From an uncultured Actinomycetes bacterium (GTDB lineage Bacteria; Actinomycetota; Thermoleophilia; UBA2241): a stretch of DNA of 64,000 nt. Position numbers and translations under genes: made by a program. Positions 9,869 through 19,796 of this stretch are shown piece after piece; position 1 is the stretch's first letter; each line of letters begins with the position of its first letter. The notes beneath the pieces were generated by a model. It was not told the origin of the DNA. It did no database searches and saw only the letters and a program-made list of their open reading frames with translations. The stretch is taken from assembly GCA_963767005.1 (NCBI GenBank), contig CAVYCN010000003.1, positions 1 to 64,000 on the forward strand, given 5' to 3'.

Positions 9869-10189
9869 TCAGGCCCGCTGCGACTCGACGAACTCCTTGT
9901 AGCGCACAAGCGTCTCCTGCAGGTGGAGCTGGGTCTGGGCGATCTCTGCGGCGGCGTCGATGCCTTCGTAGTGGGCGCAGTAGTTGAGGTCGACCGTCAC
10001 GCGGGTGCTGTGGTCGTCGAGAGCCTCCATGCGCACGAAGCCCGGGTCCGGTTCGGCCTCCGTTTCATCGGGACCCCTGAGGCTGCGGTGGTAGATGTTC
10101 CAGAACAGAAACTGCGTCCACTCCTTGTTGGCGACTGCAGCGGGGACCTTGACGTCGATCGACTGGTGGATCTCCTCACAGCGGTTCAT
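9869..10189 (-). CDS. Short SRPBCC-like protein
   Basis: SIDVKVPAAVANKEWTQF...GFVRMEALDDHSTRVTVDLNY...LVRYKEFVE; GAGGAG RBS; lacks the central strands. Confidence 0.6.
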   Translation of the reverse strand: MNRCEEIHQSIDVKVPAAVANKEWTQFLFWNIYHRSLRGPDETEAEPDPGFVRMEALDDHSTRVTVDLNYCAHYEGIDAAAEIAQTQLHLQETLVRYKEFVESQRA

Positions 10190-10388
10190 CGGCGGCTCCT
10201 CTCCGTTGCTCCACGAAGTCACACCGAAGGGCATCGTTCCCACGAGAAGGGCGCAGGAGAGCCGTTCGCGAGCAGTCCACCGGTCCCGGTCCCGAACGGC
10301 TGCTGTCGCCGAGAGCCCCCGTTTGTGGCGGGTATGTCCGTATATAGAGCCCGCCGCCCGGCGGGCAAGCGAAGACGGAGGTGGGGTC

Positions 10389-10703
10389 ATGGCAACCTAC
10401 GTGCTCCTGGTCAAGCTCACCGACAAGGGGGCTGCCGACATCGAGAACGTGCCCCAGCGCATCGATCAGAGCATCAAGGCCTGGAGGGAGGTCGGCGGCA
10501 AGGAGCTCACCGTCCATCTGACGATGGGCGAGTACGACTACTGCTGCATCGGCGAGGCGCCCGACGACGAGACCGTGGCGAAGTTCCTCTTCAAGCTGGC
10601 CAAGCGCGGCAACGTGCGCACCTCGACGCTGAAGGCGTTCTCCAAGGAGCAAGTCGCGCAGTTGCTGGCGGGCGCCGACAGGAAGGGCCTTGTGACCGAC
10701 TGA
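10389..10703 (+). CDS. GYD domain-containing protein
   Basis: MATYVLLVKLTDKG...TMGEYD...EAPDD...GNVRTSTLKAF; GGAGGT RBS. Confidence 0.9.
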   Translation: MATYVLLVKLTDKGAADIENVPQRIDQSIKAWREVGGKELTVHLTMGEYDYCCIGEAPDDETVAKFLFKLAKRGNVRTSTLKAFSKEQVAQLLAGADRKGLVTD

Positions 10704-10785
10704 CTTCGCGAGCGGCCCGCCTGCCCTGAGCAGACGCCGCACCTCCCCAGGAGAACGACGGACGGTAGCGGTGCTGAGTGCGCAA

Positions 10786-10810
10786 GTTGAGTCCCGTAAT
10801 GTGGTGTAAG
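10786..10810. mobile_element. Possible IS256-family terminal inverted repeat remnant
   Basis: Reverse complement CTTACACCACATTACGGGACTCAAC resembles recalled actinobacterial IS256-type ends; no transposase nearby. Confidence 0.35.
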
Positions 10811-10855
10811 TCCTAGAGAAGCTCCGAGACCGGATAGTGGCCGAGTGCAGGAGAA

Positions 10856-10913
10856 TCTTCTGGAGGCGGCGACCGGAGTCGAACCGGTGATTAAGGTTTG
10901 GCAGTCAGTCTCG
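10856..10913 (-). repeat. att-like direct repeat containing tRNA-Cys 3' half (anticodon loop to CCA)
   Basis: 58 bp, one mismatch vs 47958-48015; minus strand reads ctgccaaaccttaatcaccggttcgactccggtcgccgcctCCA with T-arm GGTTCGACTCC. Confidence 0.9.
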
Positions 10914-11096
10914 CGGTCCGGCGCAGGCCGGTATGTTGCAATTTACTTCAGAGAATCGAGTCTCGTCTTGTCCGCAGAATCGCTCCTGAGTAGCAGTTCT
11001 TGCTCCCGCGATCAGCCCGATCGGGGCGATTCCCTGAAGTAAAACGCCCCCTTTGTGCGCTGACTGGCGCCGTCGCGACCGCTTTGGCGGCGGTTC

Positions 11097-11128
11097 TGTC
11101 GGCACCGATGTCGGCACACCAGTCGGCA
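11097..11128 (+). repeat. Three TGTCGGCA-like repeats at 12-bp period (integrase arm-type site candidate)
   Basis: TGTCGGCA 11097, TGTCGGCA 11109, AGTCGGCA 11121; same motif at 47883/47895 and 9006. Confidence 0.6.
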
Positions 11129-11806
11129 TCACGACTCCCCCACCCCCTCGGGATCGTCACGACGGCGCTGTTCTCTGACCTCGTCGATTGCGATCTGGCT
11201 GGCCAGACTGGCAGCATCACGATGCCCCATGAGTGCACCCCCGATGCCGGCCTTGCCCTGCTCGGCCGGCCCGAGAAAGCCGGCCGCGCGGGAGCGGGCG
11301 ATGCGCTTGGCAGCGGCCGACGGGCTCAGCCGCAAAGCCTCGGCCACGGCCTGCCTCGGCGGCTTATGGTTGCGGAAGGCCTCGGCGTAGATGAGCGAGA
11401 CACGGTGCAGCTCGCTATCTGAGACCGGCGGCCGGCCCGCTTTGCGGGGCTCGGCGGCGCGCAGGGCCTCGTCGGCTCGGCGACGCTCGAGCAACATCTG
11501 GCGGTACTCGACTCGTGAGCTCGGCCGCCCCTGGGTGGCACGCAGCTGCTTGGCTTCCTCCTCAAGCTCGTCGCGCAGCGCAACGGCTGCCCTGGCCACG
11601 ATCTGAGGCAGACGCAAGCGACGCAGATCGACCGTGTGCAGGGGGCGCAGCTCGTCCTCCTCGGCCAGCGTGACGGAGAAGGCGACGCATTCCCAGCGCT
11701 CGCCCAGCAGGCGCCAGCCGACACTGATCAGATAGGGCCCCGTCTGCTCGTCGGGCCAGCGAATCAGGCTCGCCCGTTCTCTTCGATCACCGCTCATCGT
11801 GAACAT
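11129..11806 (-). CDS. Putative DNA-binding regulator with C-terminal HTH (DUF6214-like)
   Basis: GRPP...IYAEA...PRQAVAEALRLSPSAAAKRIARSRAAGFL; divergent from the terminase module. Confidence 0.6.
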   Translation of the reverse strand: MFTMSGDRRERASLIRWPDEQTGPYLISVGWRLLGERWECVAFSVTLAEEDELRPLHTVDLRRLRLPQIVARAAVALRDELEEEAKQLRATQGRPSSRVEYRQMLLERRRADEALRAAEPRKAGRPPVSDSELHRVSLIYAEAFRNHKPPRQAVAEALRLSPSAAAKRIARSRAAGFLGPAEQGKAGIGGALMGHRDAASLASQIAIDEVREQRRRDDPEGVGES

Positions 11807-11818
11807 CCTAGTCGCGCA

Positions 11819-11876
11819 TGGACAGGCGTCAACTGCTAGTCGATAATGACGTCATAGATAGGTGGCATCACCTATC
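11819..11876 (+). promoter_or_regulatory. Sigma70-like promoter with two palindromic operator candidates
   Basis: TGGACA-N17-GATAAT (11819-11847); ATGACGTCAT palindrome 11846-11855; GATAGGTG-GCAT-CACCTATC 11857-11876. Confidence 0.6.
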
Positions 11877-11903
11877 CGTTTATCGTCCAACAGGAGGTTC
11901 GCG

Positions 11904-12080
11904 ATGACCAACAGCACGACCATCACGGGCACGCCCATCGTCGGGCGGTCCATCCCTCGCGCGCGTGGGCGAGCGACAGTCAAGTCCGAGTCGGCGGCGA
12001 CCGTCGCGACGGTGCCCATCGGCACGGCCTGCTATCGCAAGGAGGTACCTCATGCCCAGAGCAACCAAGGCGCTACGTGA
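11904..12080 (+). CDS. Small hypothetical protein (58 aa)
   Basis: AGGAGG RBS, first ORF after the promoter; overlaps the next gene. Confidence 0.35.
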   Translation: MTNSTTITGTPIVGRSIPRARGRATVKSESAATVATVPIGTACYRKEVPHAQSNQGAT

Positions 12081-12496
12081 GCAGCGCATCGACGCCGTGG
12101 TCGACCTGCTCATCGCCTCAGGCCGCCGAGGCAACATCCTGAACTGGATCGCACAAACATGGCTGGGGCATCACCGAGCGCCAGGCCGACAACTACATCG
12201 CCCTGGCCACCGAACGTCTCGGCACGGTCGCCCACGCCGACAAGACCTTCGAGCTGGGCCGCACCATAGTCCGCCTGCAGTTGCTCTTCGGCAAGGCGCT
12301 GGCCGGCGGCGATCTGCAACTTGGCCTGCAATGCCTGCGTGCCCTGGCCCAGCTGCTCGGCCTAAACGCGGCCAGCGAGCTTGAGCTCTGCGGCCAGCTC
12401 GACCGGCGCGCCGACCGTGAGGAGCTTGCTCAGCGCCTGGCCGAGCTCCACGAGAGCGGGTTCTTCGAATCTGATGGAGGTAGTGATGAGTCGTGA
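12052..12496 (+). CDS. Putative terminase small subunit (frameshift near 12160)
   Basis: AAGGAGGT RBS; WGITERQADNYIA...ALAQLLGLNA homologous to 49832-50215; directly upstream of the large subunit. Confidence 0.6.
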
Positions 12497-13994
12497 CCAT
12501 CGGGCCCGGGCGCGAGCCGACGTCGCCCGCCTCTCCGACGTGCTAGTCTCCCGTCTTCTGCGGGGTGCCCGGGTACCCGACGAACGCAGCTTCATCGAGG
12601 CGACCTCGATCGACGACAAGCAGCACGGCGGTCTCGTGCCCTTCCGTCTTTGGGAGGGCCAGGCGGCGCTACTGCCGCTGCTCTCCTGCCCGCGAGTCTA
12701 CGTGCTCAAGGCCCGCCAGTTGGGGCTGACCCGGTTGAGTCTCGTGCACTGGTTGTACATGACCACGTCCTAGGGTAACCGCCTCATCTTGGTCACTCGT
12801 CAGAGTCGCACGGACGCCTTCGACGCCCTGCGGCGCATCAAGCTGCTGCCCGCCTCACTTGGCGCCGAGCACCCCGACTGGCAGCAACGCATCGTGAAGG
12901 ACAGCCAGACTGAGTCGGTCTTTGCCAATGGCAGCCGCTTCCGCGTGTTGTCGTCAACCAAGAGGATGGGCCGCGGCGAGGCGGCCTATGGGGCGACCCT
13001 CGACGAATTTGCATTTTGGGAGTGGCCGGCCGAGCAGTTCGCCGCCCTCGAGGCGGCCTGCGCTTACCTCCACTTGATCACCACGGGCGCCGGACCCGGC
13101 AACTACGCCGAGGCGCTCTGGCGGGCCGCCGACCTTGAGGGTAGCCCTTGGCGCAAGGTCTTCCTGCCCCGGTCTGCCGACCCGAGCCGCACGCAGGAGT
13201 GGTACGCCAAGACGGTGGAGGCAGCGGCCGAACCGCGCCTTGCCCGTCGTGAGTACGCCGCCTCCCCCGAGGAGGCCTTCGCCGCGCCCGAGGGCGTGTT
13301 CTTCGAGCGCTTCTCAAGCGAGGTCAATGTGGTCGAGATGAAGCCTCAGCACAACTGGTCGACCTGGCGCGCGGTGGACTTTGGCTACCACAGCCTCGCC
13401 TGTCTGTGGATCCAGGAGGCGCCCTCTGGCCAGGTCTGTGTCGTGGCCGAGATTGCCGGACGCAAGCGCTTTGACTGGACGACCGCGGAGTTCGCCGACG
13501 CCATCCTGGCAAAGGAGGCCACCCTGGGACTCGTCGAGGAGCCCCGGGCAACCCTCTGCGACCCGGCCGGCAATGGCGTGACCGCCCAGACCGGCGAGAG
13601 CGAGATCCTGATCTTTCAGGTCAAGGGCCTGGCGCCGGTCTTCGAGCGCTCTTCGGTGCGCGATGGCTGCATCCGCATCTCGGACGCTCTGGCCGAACCG
13701 AAGATCCCGCTGCTCGTCTCGCGGGACTGTCCCTGGCTGGCCGAGGCCCTCGGGGCGGTCGGACCGGACCGCCAACATCCCGACGTCTACGACGAGCACT
13801 CCGTCTACAGCCATGTGCTCGACGCAATGCGCTACTACTTCATCAGCCGGCTCCACATCGCCGAGGAGAACGAAGGCGGCTTCTACTGCGAGTGTCGCTC
13901 GCCGTTTCCGTGGGAGAACCTGGGGGACGGTGATGCGATGCTGCGGTACGGCCACCCGACGCCTCCCCAACAGGGCAGCGGGCCGATCTGGTAG
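12486..13994 (+). pseudogene. Terminase large subunit (KARQLG type) with in-frame TAG at 12771-12773
   Basis: LKARQLGLT Walker A, LDEFAF Walker B, AVDFGY, CDPAG, SHVLDAMRY nuclease motifs; both halves in the same frame. Confidence 0.85.
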
Positions 13995-14158
13995 CGGACG
14001 CCAGCCCTCACCGTCCGGTCCTCAAACTGTAGGGCAGCACCGGGAACAGGAGGGCTCCGTCTCTACCGCAGTCGTCGTGCGGTGTAACGGGTGATGGATC
14101 GTGATGATCCGTCGCCCGTCTTCTGCCCGTAGGGCCTGGTCCCGCTAGTGTCGTTTGC

Positions 14159-14308
14159 TCAGCTCATCGCCACCATCAGCGTGAAGCTCTGCGCCACGCT
14201 GCCGACCGAGTTGCTCGCGCTCAGGGTAATCGTGTAGCTGCCGGCTGTGCCCGCCGCCGGCGTGCCGCCGAGCGGGCCGACACCGAAGCTCAGACCATTG
14301 GGCAGGCT
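14159..14308 (-). pseudogene. C-terminal remnant of a putative-Ig (He_PIG) domain surface protein
   Basis: LPNGLSF...LGGTPAAGTAGSYTITLSASNSVGSVAQSFTLMV then stop; abuts the IS3 remnant. Confidence 0.65.
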
Positions 14309-14506
14309 CAAGGAAGCACAGATCCTGGTGGCCCACTGGCGCCGGCTCTACAACGGCCTGCGGCGCCACAGCGCGCGCGGTCGCCAACCGCCGGAGACGA
14401 TCGTCTGGTCGGGGTTCCCGCTCACAGACAACGCACCGCCGGTGCTCACCCCCGAGATGGACTTGGCACCATCATAGGAAGTGGACCACGCAATGGGGAC
14501 AGGTCA
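14305..14506 (+). mobile_element. IS3-family transposase C-terminal fragment and right inverted repeat
   Basis: LKEAQILVAHWRRLYNGLRRHSARG..PP integrase-core tail; terminus ...TGGGGACAGGTCA. Confidence 0.75.
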
Positions 14507-15625
14507 CTTCTGGACGGGCGCACCTTCGGCGTCGGCCTCGGCCGGGGCCGTCAGCCGTCCCGGACCCCTGGCATGCAGGAGTTCGCGCAAGGCGACCTGA
14601 GCAGCGCCGGCGAGCGGGATCGCAAGCAGCACGCCGACCACGCCGCCGAGCATGGCGCCGGCCAACGAGACGAGCAGGACGATGAGCGGCGACAAGACCA
14701 CGGTCCGGGCGTAGATCACGGGCGCCAGAAGGTGGTTCTCGGACTGTTGGTAGATCACGAAGTAGGCCACCAGGGCGACCGCCTGCGGCCAGCCGATCGA
14801 TAGCGCGACCAGGACGCAGAGCACGGCGCCGAGAGTCGCGCCGACCAGCGGGATGATATCGAGCAGGCCGACGGCCAGGGCGAGTGGCAGCGCGTAGGGC
14901 ACGCCCAGGATCGACATCGCCGCAAACGAGCCGACGCTGGCGAGCACGCTGATCAGCAGGTTGCCGGCCATGTAGCCGCTCACCGAGCGCTGCATGTGGC
15001 GCCCCACGGCGTCGACGCGCCCGCCACGCTCGCCCAGCGACGCCATCAACAGCCGCCAGGCGCGCGGCCCCTCGAGCAGCAGCATGAAGGTGATCGTTAC
15101 GACGCTCAGCACCGCGCCCAGGAGCGTGGCCGCCTGCGAGAACATCGAGGAGATCGTGCGCGGCCCTGCGATGAAGCGAAGCACACGCGCTGGCGTGACC
15201 GCGCCGATGCGGCGCTCGATGTCGAAACGCTGCTGCAGGAAGGCGAGCGGCCCGCCCGGCTTGAGAAGACTGTGGGCCAGATGCGGCAGGCCGCTCAAGA
15301 GTTGATCCGACTGGGTGGCGACAGGCACAGCCACCGCCACCACAATGGCGCCGACGACCGCGGCCGTGGCAAGTGTGATGAGGGTCGCGCCCAGCCAGCG
15401 CCGCACGTGGTGTCGCTCGAGCCAGGTCACGGCCGGTGCAACGGTCACGGCCAGCACGATCGCGATGAGTAGCCAGACGATGATTCGGCGCAGGTCCCAG
15501 ACCAGCAGGCCGAGGAGGGCGGCGCCGGCCACGACCGCCACGACGATCCCCGTCCGCAGAGCCAGCTCCGCGGGACTGACGACTCCTGCCCGTCTTGCTG
15601 AGGCGAGGTCCCTCGTCTCGGTCAT
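14504..15625 (-). CDS. AI-2E family transporter
   Basis: LDIIPLVGATLG, YQQSENHLLAPVI, GVLLAIP. Confidence 0.9.
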   Translation of the reverse strand: MTETRDLASARRAGVVSPAELALRTGIVVAVVAGAALLGLLVWDLRRIIVWLLIAIVLAVTVAPAVTWLERHHVRRWLGATLITLATAAVVGAIVVAVAVPVATQSDQLLSGLPHLAHSLLKPGGPLAFLQQRFDIERRIGAVTPARVLRFIAGPRTISSMFSQAATLLGAVLSVVTITFMLLLEGPRAWRLLMASLGERGGRVDAVGRHMQRSVSGYMAGNLLISVLASVGSFAAMSILGVPYALPLALAVGLLDIIPLVGATLGAVLCVLVALSIGWPQAVALVAYFVIYQQSENHLLAPVIYARTVVLSPLIVLLVSLAGAMLGGVVGVLLAIPLAGAAQVALRELLHARGPGRLTAPAEADAEGAPVQK

Positions 15626-15713
15626 GTGCCACTCACCCTCTCCACCGAGGCACGAGACCTACTCGGCCCGCACCTCTGCGCGACTAGCTGTCGATCGTCT
15701 TCGAGAGCTGTAA

Positions 15714-16388
15714 CTAGGCGGCCTTGTTCGGCCGTGTCTCGTTGACTTGCGCCTCGCCCTCGAAGCGCTTCTCGAGGCGTCTCATGGTGCGATGAAGATC
15801 GAGCAAGCGCAGACCGACACCGAATGAGAGCACACCCTGGATGATCAGGAAGGTGCCGACGAGCATGCCCAGCACCACGGCCGAGAAGGTCGGGTGGACG
15901 AGCACCAGGACGCCGAGGGCCGCAAGCGCGAGGCCCAAGACCAAAGCAGCGAGGCGCGGCTTGACCACGGAGTCCGTGACTGACCGGCAGACGTCGTAGA
16001 CGCCCCACGCGAGCAGGCTGATGCCCACGAAGATGGCCACGACGTAGAGGGTCGCGCCCGGCCAGGCCAGCGCGCAGGTGCCGAGCATGATCGAGGCGGT
16101 GCCGGCGACGATCGCAAGCCACGACCTCGGCCGACTCGTCGAGCCGATCGCGATCTCCGCCCCCCCGCTGCACAGCAGGAGCACACCGACCAGCGCGATC
16201 ATGGTCGAGACCGCGTTGATCTCAGAGGCCAGGGCAAATACGCCCAGAGCGATCACGACGAGGCCGAGTAGCACATGCGTCCACCAGGCGCCCGTTGCCC
16301 GCCTACCTACCCGGCGAGCAACGCCCATCGGTCCGAGCAATACGTAGTGCCTGCTGGCTGGTTCTCTGTCTGTCGACTGCGTTCCCAC
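15714..16388 (-). CDS. HdeD/DUF308 family membrane protein
   Basis: WW..VLLG start, six TM helices, LAWPGAT, repeated DUF308-like halves. Confidence 0.8.
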   Translation of the reverse strand: MGTQSTDREPASRHYVLLGPMGVARRVGRRATGAWWTHVLLGLVVIALGVFALASEINAVSTMIALVGVLLLCSGGAEIAIGSTSRPRSWLAIVAGTASIMLGTCALAWPGATLYVVAIFVGISLLAWGVYDVCRSVTDSVVKPRLAALVLGLALAALGVLVLVHPTFSAVVLGMLVGTFLIIQGVLSFGVGLRLLDLHRTMRRLEKRFEGEAQVNETRPNKAA

Positions 16389-16442
16389 GACCTTCCTCCT
16401 CTGGCTGTTGTGGCTTTGTGCGAGCTACTTATTGCGCACGAC

Positions 16443-16474
16443 AGGATGAGCAGGCATCCTCCCAATCGGATGAA
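16443..16474 (-). promoter_or_regulatory. 32-bp operator/promoter motif, copy 1
   Basis: Minus strand TTCATCCGATTGGGAGGATGCCTGCTCATCCT upstream of the hdeD-like gene. Confidence 0.75.
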
Positions 16475-16580
16475 CCAGGGGCGGTCGTGCCAATCGCTCC
16501 ATGCCTAGCGATGCAAGATGCTTCTCAGCGTCTACAATGGCGGCGAGAGAAGCCGCCCAGACAGCAGGGGGGAGGAGCTA

Positions 16581-19253
16581 GTGGGCAGCGGTCCGCCGGC
16601 TCGCGCTAATCGGTCAGGCAGCGGAAACAGATCTCCGACTGTTGCCCGCAGGGGACTGTTTGCGCGACTCTCGGCCAGCGGTCCTGCAGGAGTCATTTTA
16701 GTGTCGGCGCCGGCCGGCAGCGGCAAGACGGTTCTACTTCGCTCCTGGGTCGACGAGTCCGGCCTCGCCGACCGAGTCGCCTGGCTCACCGTCGAGCGAG
16801 ACCAGCGGGACCCGCAGCGGTTCTGGCTTGCGGTCGTCGACAGGCTACGCGCCACCACAGGCGCCGACGCGTTCGTCGAGAAGCTGACGCCTGCGCCCGA
16901 CTTCGACGGCCAGGCGCTCGTCGGACGCCTCCTCTCGGAACTCGGCTCGCTGGACGATCCAAGGGTGCTCATTCTCGACGATCTTCACGAGCTGAGATCC
17001 TCAGAGGCGCTCGCCCAGCTCGAACTCCTGCTGGCTCGCCGACCTGCGCAGCTTCACATCGTATTGGCCACCCGCCGCGACCCGCAGCTCGGCTTACACC
17101 GCCTGCGCCTCGCGGGCGAGCTGACCGAAGTGCGGGCCTCCGATCTGCGGTTCAGCCTCGATGAGACGCGCGAACTCCTCGTCGCCTCGGGAATCTCGCT
17201 CTCGGAGACGGCCGTCACCATGCTCCATGCGCGGACCGAGGGGTGGGTGGCCGGACTACGCCTCGCGGCGCTCTCGCTGCTCGGCAACTCCGACCCCGAG
17301 CGATTCGTCGCCGCATTCTCGGGCAGCGAGCGCAGCGTCGCCGACTACCTGCTCGCCGAGGTGCTCGAGCACCAGCCAGAAGATGTGCGGCGACTCCTGC
17401 TACGGACCTCGATCTTGGATCATGTGTGCGGTGCCCTCGGCGATGTCCTGACCGAAGCCACCGGATCGGAGCGCATCCTGCTTGAGCTCGAACAGGCGAA
17501 CGCGTTCGTCGTCGCCGTCGGCCCCGAGCGGACGTGGTTTCGCTACCACGCGCTCTTCGTCGACCTTTTGCGCCTCGAGTTGCGCCGCACCGAGCCGGGC
17601 GCTCTCGTGGGGCTGCACCGAGCCGCGGCGGCCTGGTTTGAGGAGCACGGGCGCGTGGTCGAAGCCATCCGTCACGCGCAGGCCGCCGAAGACTGGCCGA
17701 GAGCCGCTCGTATGGTCGCAGATCACAGCTTGACCCTCGCACTCGACGGTCAGGAGGCGACGGTGCATGCGTTGCTCGGGGCCTTTCCTGAGCGGGCACT
17801 CTCCGATGCGGAGCTGGCGCGAGCGTTTGCCTCTGATCAACTCACCTACGGGACGCTTGAGAGCGCGGACACGTACCTCTCCCTGGCAGCGAGACACGCA
17901 CTGGAGGTGGCTGACGATCGGCGGCACGGGTTCGAGGTCGCGCTCGGCATCACCCGGCTCTCCCTCGCCCGTCGACGGGGCGACTTCGGCTCTGTCCTCG
18001 ACGGGGTGGGGCCGCTGCTCGCCCCAGCGACTGCCGAAACGGCAGGCGAGATCGTGCTCGGCAACGACGCCAGGGCGTTCGCGCTGATGAACCTCGGCAT
18101 CATCGAGCTGTGGTCCTTCCGGGTCGCCGAGGCACAGGGGCATCTGAAGCAGGGTCTCGAGCTGGCCCGGCGGATCGCGCGCCCGTACATCGAGATCGGC
18201 TGTCTTGCTTACCTCGCCCTGGCTGCTGGCCAGCGCTCGTTCGTTCAGGGGCGAGCGCAATGCCGCGAGGCGATCGCGCTTGCCCAAACGCTTGGCTGGG
18301 AGGACGAGCCGATCACCTGCATCGCTCTGGCGACGATGGGTGCCGCTGCCGTGTCGGAGGCCCGCTTCGAAGAGGCCCGATACTGGCTCGAACGGGCCGA
18401 ACGCGGCCTGCGACCCGACCTCGACCCCGCCACAGCGCTTCTCATCTGCCTCGCGCAGGGCATGCAACATGTCGGCGAGGGCCGACTCGAGCAGGCGCTC
18501 GCAGCTTTTCGTTCCGCCGAGCAGTGTCAGACGAAGCTTGTTGCGCCGCAGGCCTTGATGGTCCTGACGCGCGAGTTCACCGTGCAGACTCTGTTGCGAG
18601 AGGGCGACTGCGCAGCGGCCCGGGCGACGTTGGCAGAGTTCTCGGATGATGGTGCCGAGTGGGGCGAGGTTCATGTTGCAACTGCCGCCCTGCATATCGC
18701 CGACGGGGACGCACAGGCAGCCGCCGATGTCCTCGCCCCCGTCCTTGCCAGGCGCACGCCGGTCCTTCTTGAGTTCACCGTCGTCAGCGCCGCCCTGCTC
18801 GATGCCGTCGCGCGCAACCTGCTCGGCGAGTCACAAGCTGCAGAAGCCGACATCGAACGCGCGCTCGACCTCGCTGAACCCGACGCGCACATCTTCCCGT
18901 TCGTGATGACGCCGGCCCGAGAGTTACTCGAACGCCACCCCCGGCACCGCACCGCCCACGCCGCGCTGCTGTCCGACATCCTGGACGTGCTCACCGGCTC
19001 GACGCTGCCCGTCCGAGCAGGTGAGCCTCCTGCGTTGTCCGAGGGCCTGAGCCGTAGTGAGCTCCGCGTGCTCCGCTACCTGCCGAGCAATCTGTCCGCC
19101 TCAGAGATCGCCTCTGAACTCTACCTGTCGACGAGCACAGTGAAGACGCACATGCTGCACATCTACACCAAGCTCGACGTGCATCGCCGCACCGAGGCCG
19201 TAGAGCGCGCCCGCGCGCTGGGTCTGCTTACGCCGCACGGCGCACACCGCTAG
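16581..19253 (+). CDS. MalT-like LuxR family transcriptional regulator (STAND ATPase, TPR, HTH)
   Basis: APAGSGKT, ILDDLH, RTEGWVAGLRL, WFRYHALF, ELYLSTSTVKTHMLHIYTKL; GGAGGAG RBS. Confidence 0.95.
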   Translation: MGSGPPARANRSGSGNRSPTVARRGLFARLSASGPAGVILVSAPAGSGKTVLLRSWVDESGLADRVAWLTVERDQRDPQRFWLAVVDRLRATTGADAFVEKLTPAPDFDGQALVGRLLSELGSLDDPRVLILDDLHELRSSEALAQLELLLARRPAQLHIVLATRRDPQLGLHRLRLAGELTEVRASDLRFSLDETRELLVASGISLSETAVTMLHARTEGWVAGLRLAALSLLGNSDPERFVAAFSGSERSVADYLLAEVLEHQPEDVRRLLLRTSILDHVCGALGDVLTEATGSERILLELEQANAFVVAVGPERTWFRYHALFVDLLRLELRRTEPGALVGLHRAAAAWFEEHGRVVEAIRHAQAAEDWPRAARMVADHSLTLALDGQEATVHALLGAFPERALSDAELARAFASDQLTYGTLESADTYLSLAARHALEVADDRRHGFEVALGITRLSLARRRGDFGSVLDGVGPLLAPATAETAGEIVLGNDARAFALMNLGIIELWSFRVAEAQGHLKQGLELARRIARPYIEIGCLAYLALAAGQRSFVQGRAQCREAIALAQTLGWEDEPITCIALATMGAAAVSEARFEEARYWLERAERGLRPDLDPATALLICLAQGMQHVGEGRLEQALAAFRSAEQCQTKLVAPQALMVLTREFTVQTLLREGDCAAARATLAEFSDDGAEWGEVHVATAALHIADGDAQAAADVLAPVLARRTPVLLEFTVVSAALLDAVARNLLGESQAAEADIERALDLAEPDAHIFPFVMTPARELLERHPRHRTAHAALLSDILDVLTGSTLPVRAGEPPALSEGLSRSELRVLRYLPSNLSASEIASELYLSTSTVKTHMLHIYTKLDVHRRTEAVERARALGLLTPHGAHR

Positions 19254-19262
19254 CAGCCGTCA

Positions 19263-19294
19263 TTCATACGATCCGGACGACGCCGGCTCATCCT
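19263..19294 (+). promoter_or_regulatory. 32-bp operator/promoter motif, copy 2
   Basis: TTCATACGATCCGGACGACGCCGGCTCATCCT, 21 bp before the ATG at 19316. Confidence 0.75.
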
Positions 19295-19315
19295 CTTGGG
19301 CGGCATGCTCGCGCC

Positions 19316-19780
19316 ATGGACCGATCAGCGCAACGAGGACAGGAGCTCGACAGGCGGGTTGAACTTGAGGGCCGCGTGCGGCGGGTGCTGGCCACCCAGG
19401 CAGCCGATGACGCTCGCTGCGACGAGAACCTCACTCCCGGTCAGCGCGCTGCAGCCCGCGTCGCTCAAGCAGGCGGCAGCTGGACTTTCGTCTTTGTGTT
19501 CCTCGGGGTGATTGCCCTCTGGATCTGCCTGAACACGGTCGGATGGTCACGCCACTGGGACGTCTACCCTTTCATTCTGCTGAATCTGGTGCTCTCCGTC
19601 CTGGCCGCCGTGCAGGCGCCGCTCATCATGATGAGCCAGAACAGAGACCAGGACCGTGACCGTCGGCACGCGGAGGCCGAGTTTCGTTCCAGCGTGCGAG
19701 CCGAGATCCTGCTCGAGCACCTTACGACCGAAATCGAAGACCTCAGGCGGCGCTTGGACGGTCCGTCCACGCACGCCTGA
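19316..19780 (+). CDS. DUF1003 domain membrane protein
   Basis: GGSWTFV, WDVYPFILLNLVLSVLAAVQAPLIMMSQNR. Confidence 0.92.
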   Translation: MDRSAQRGQELDRRVELEGRVRRVLATQAADDARCDENLTPGQRAAARVAQAGGSWTFVFVFLGVIALWICLNTVGWSRHWDVYPFILLNLVLSVLAAVQAPLIMMSQNRDQDRDRRHAEAEFRSSVRAEILLEHLTTEIEDLRRRLDGPSTHA

Positions 19781-19796
19781 GAGAGGGTAGCCCACA

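Noticed and set aside
12771-12773. Pyrrolysine or stop-codon recoding of the in-frame TAG in TerL1
   Set aside because: Single instance, one change from TGG; TAG terminates many other genes here and no pyl genes are visible.
17400-18695. Long antisense or alternate-frame ORFs (also 40980-42428, 58841-60028, 38061-39578)
   Set aside because: Shadow ORFs of well-supported genes, expected in high-GC DNA; no motifs or RBS.
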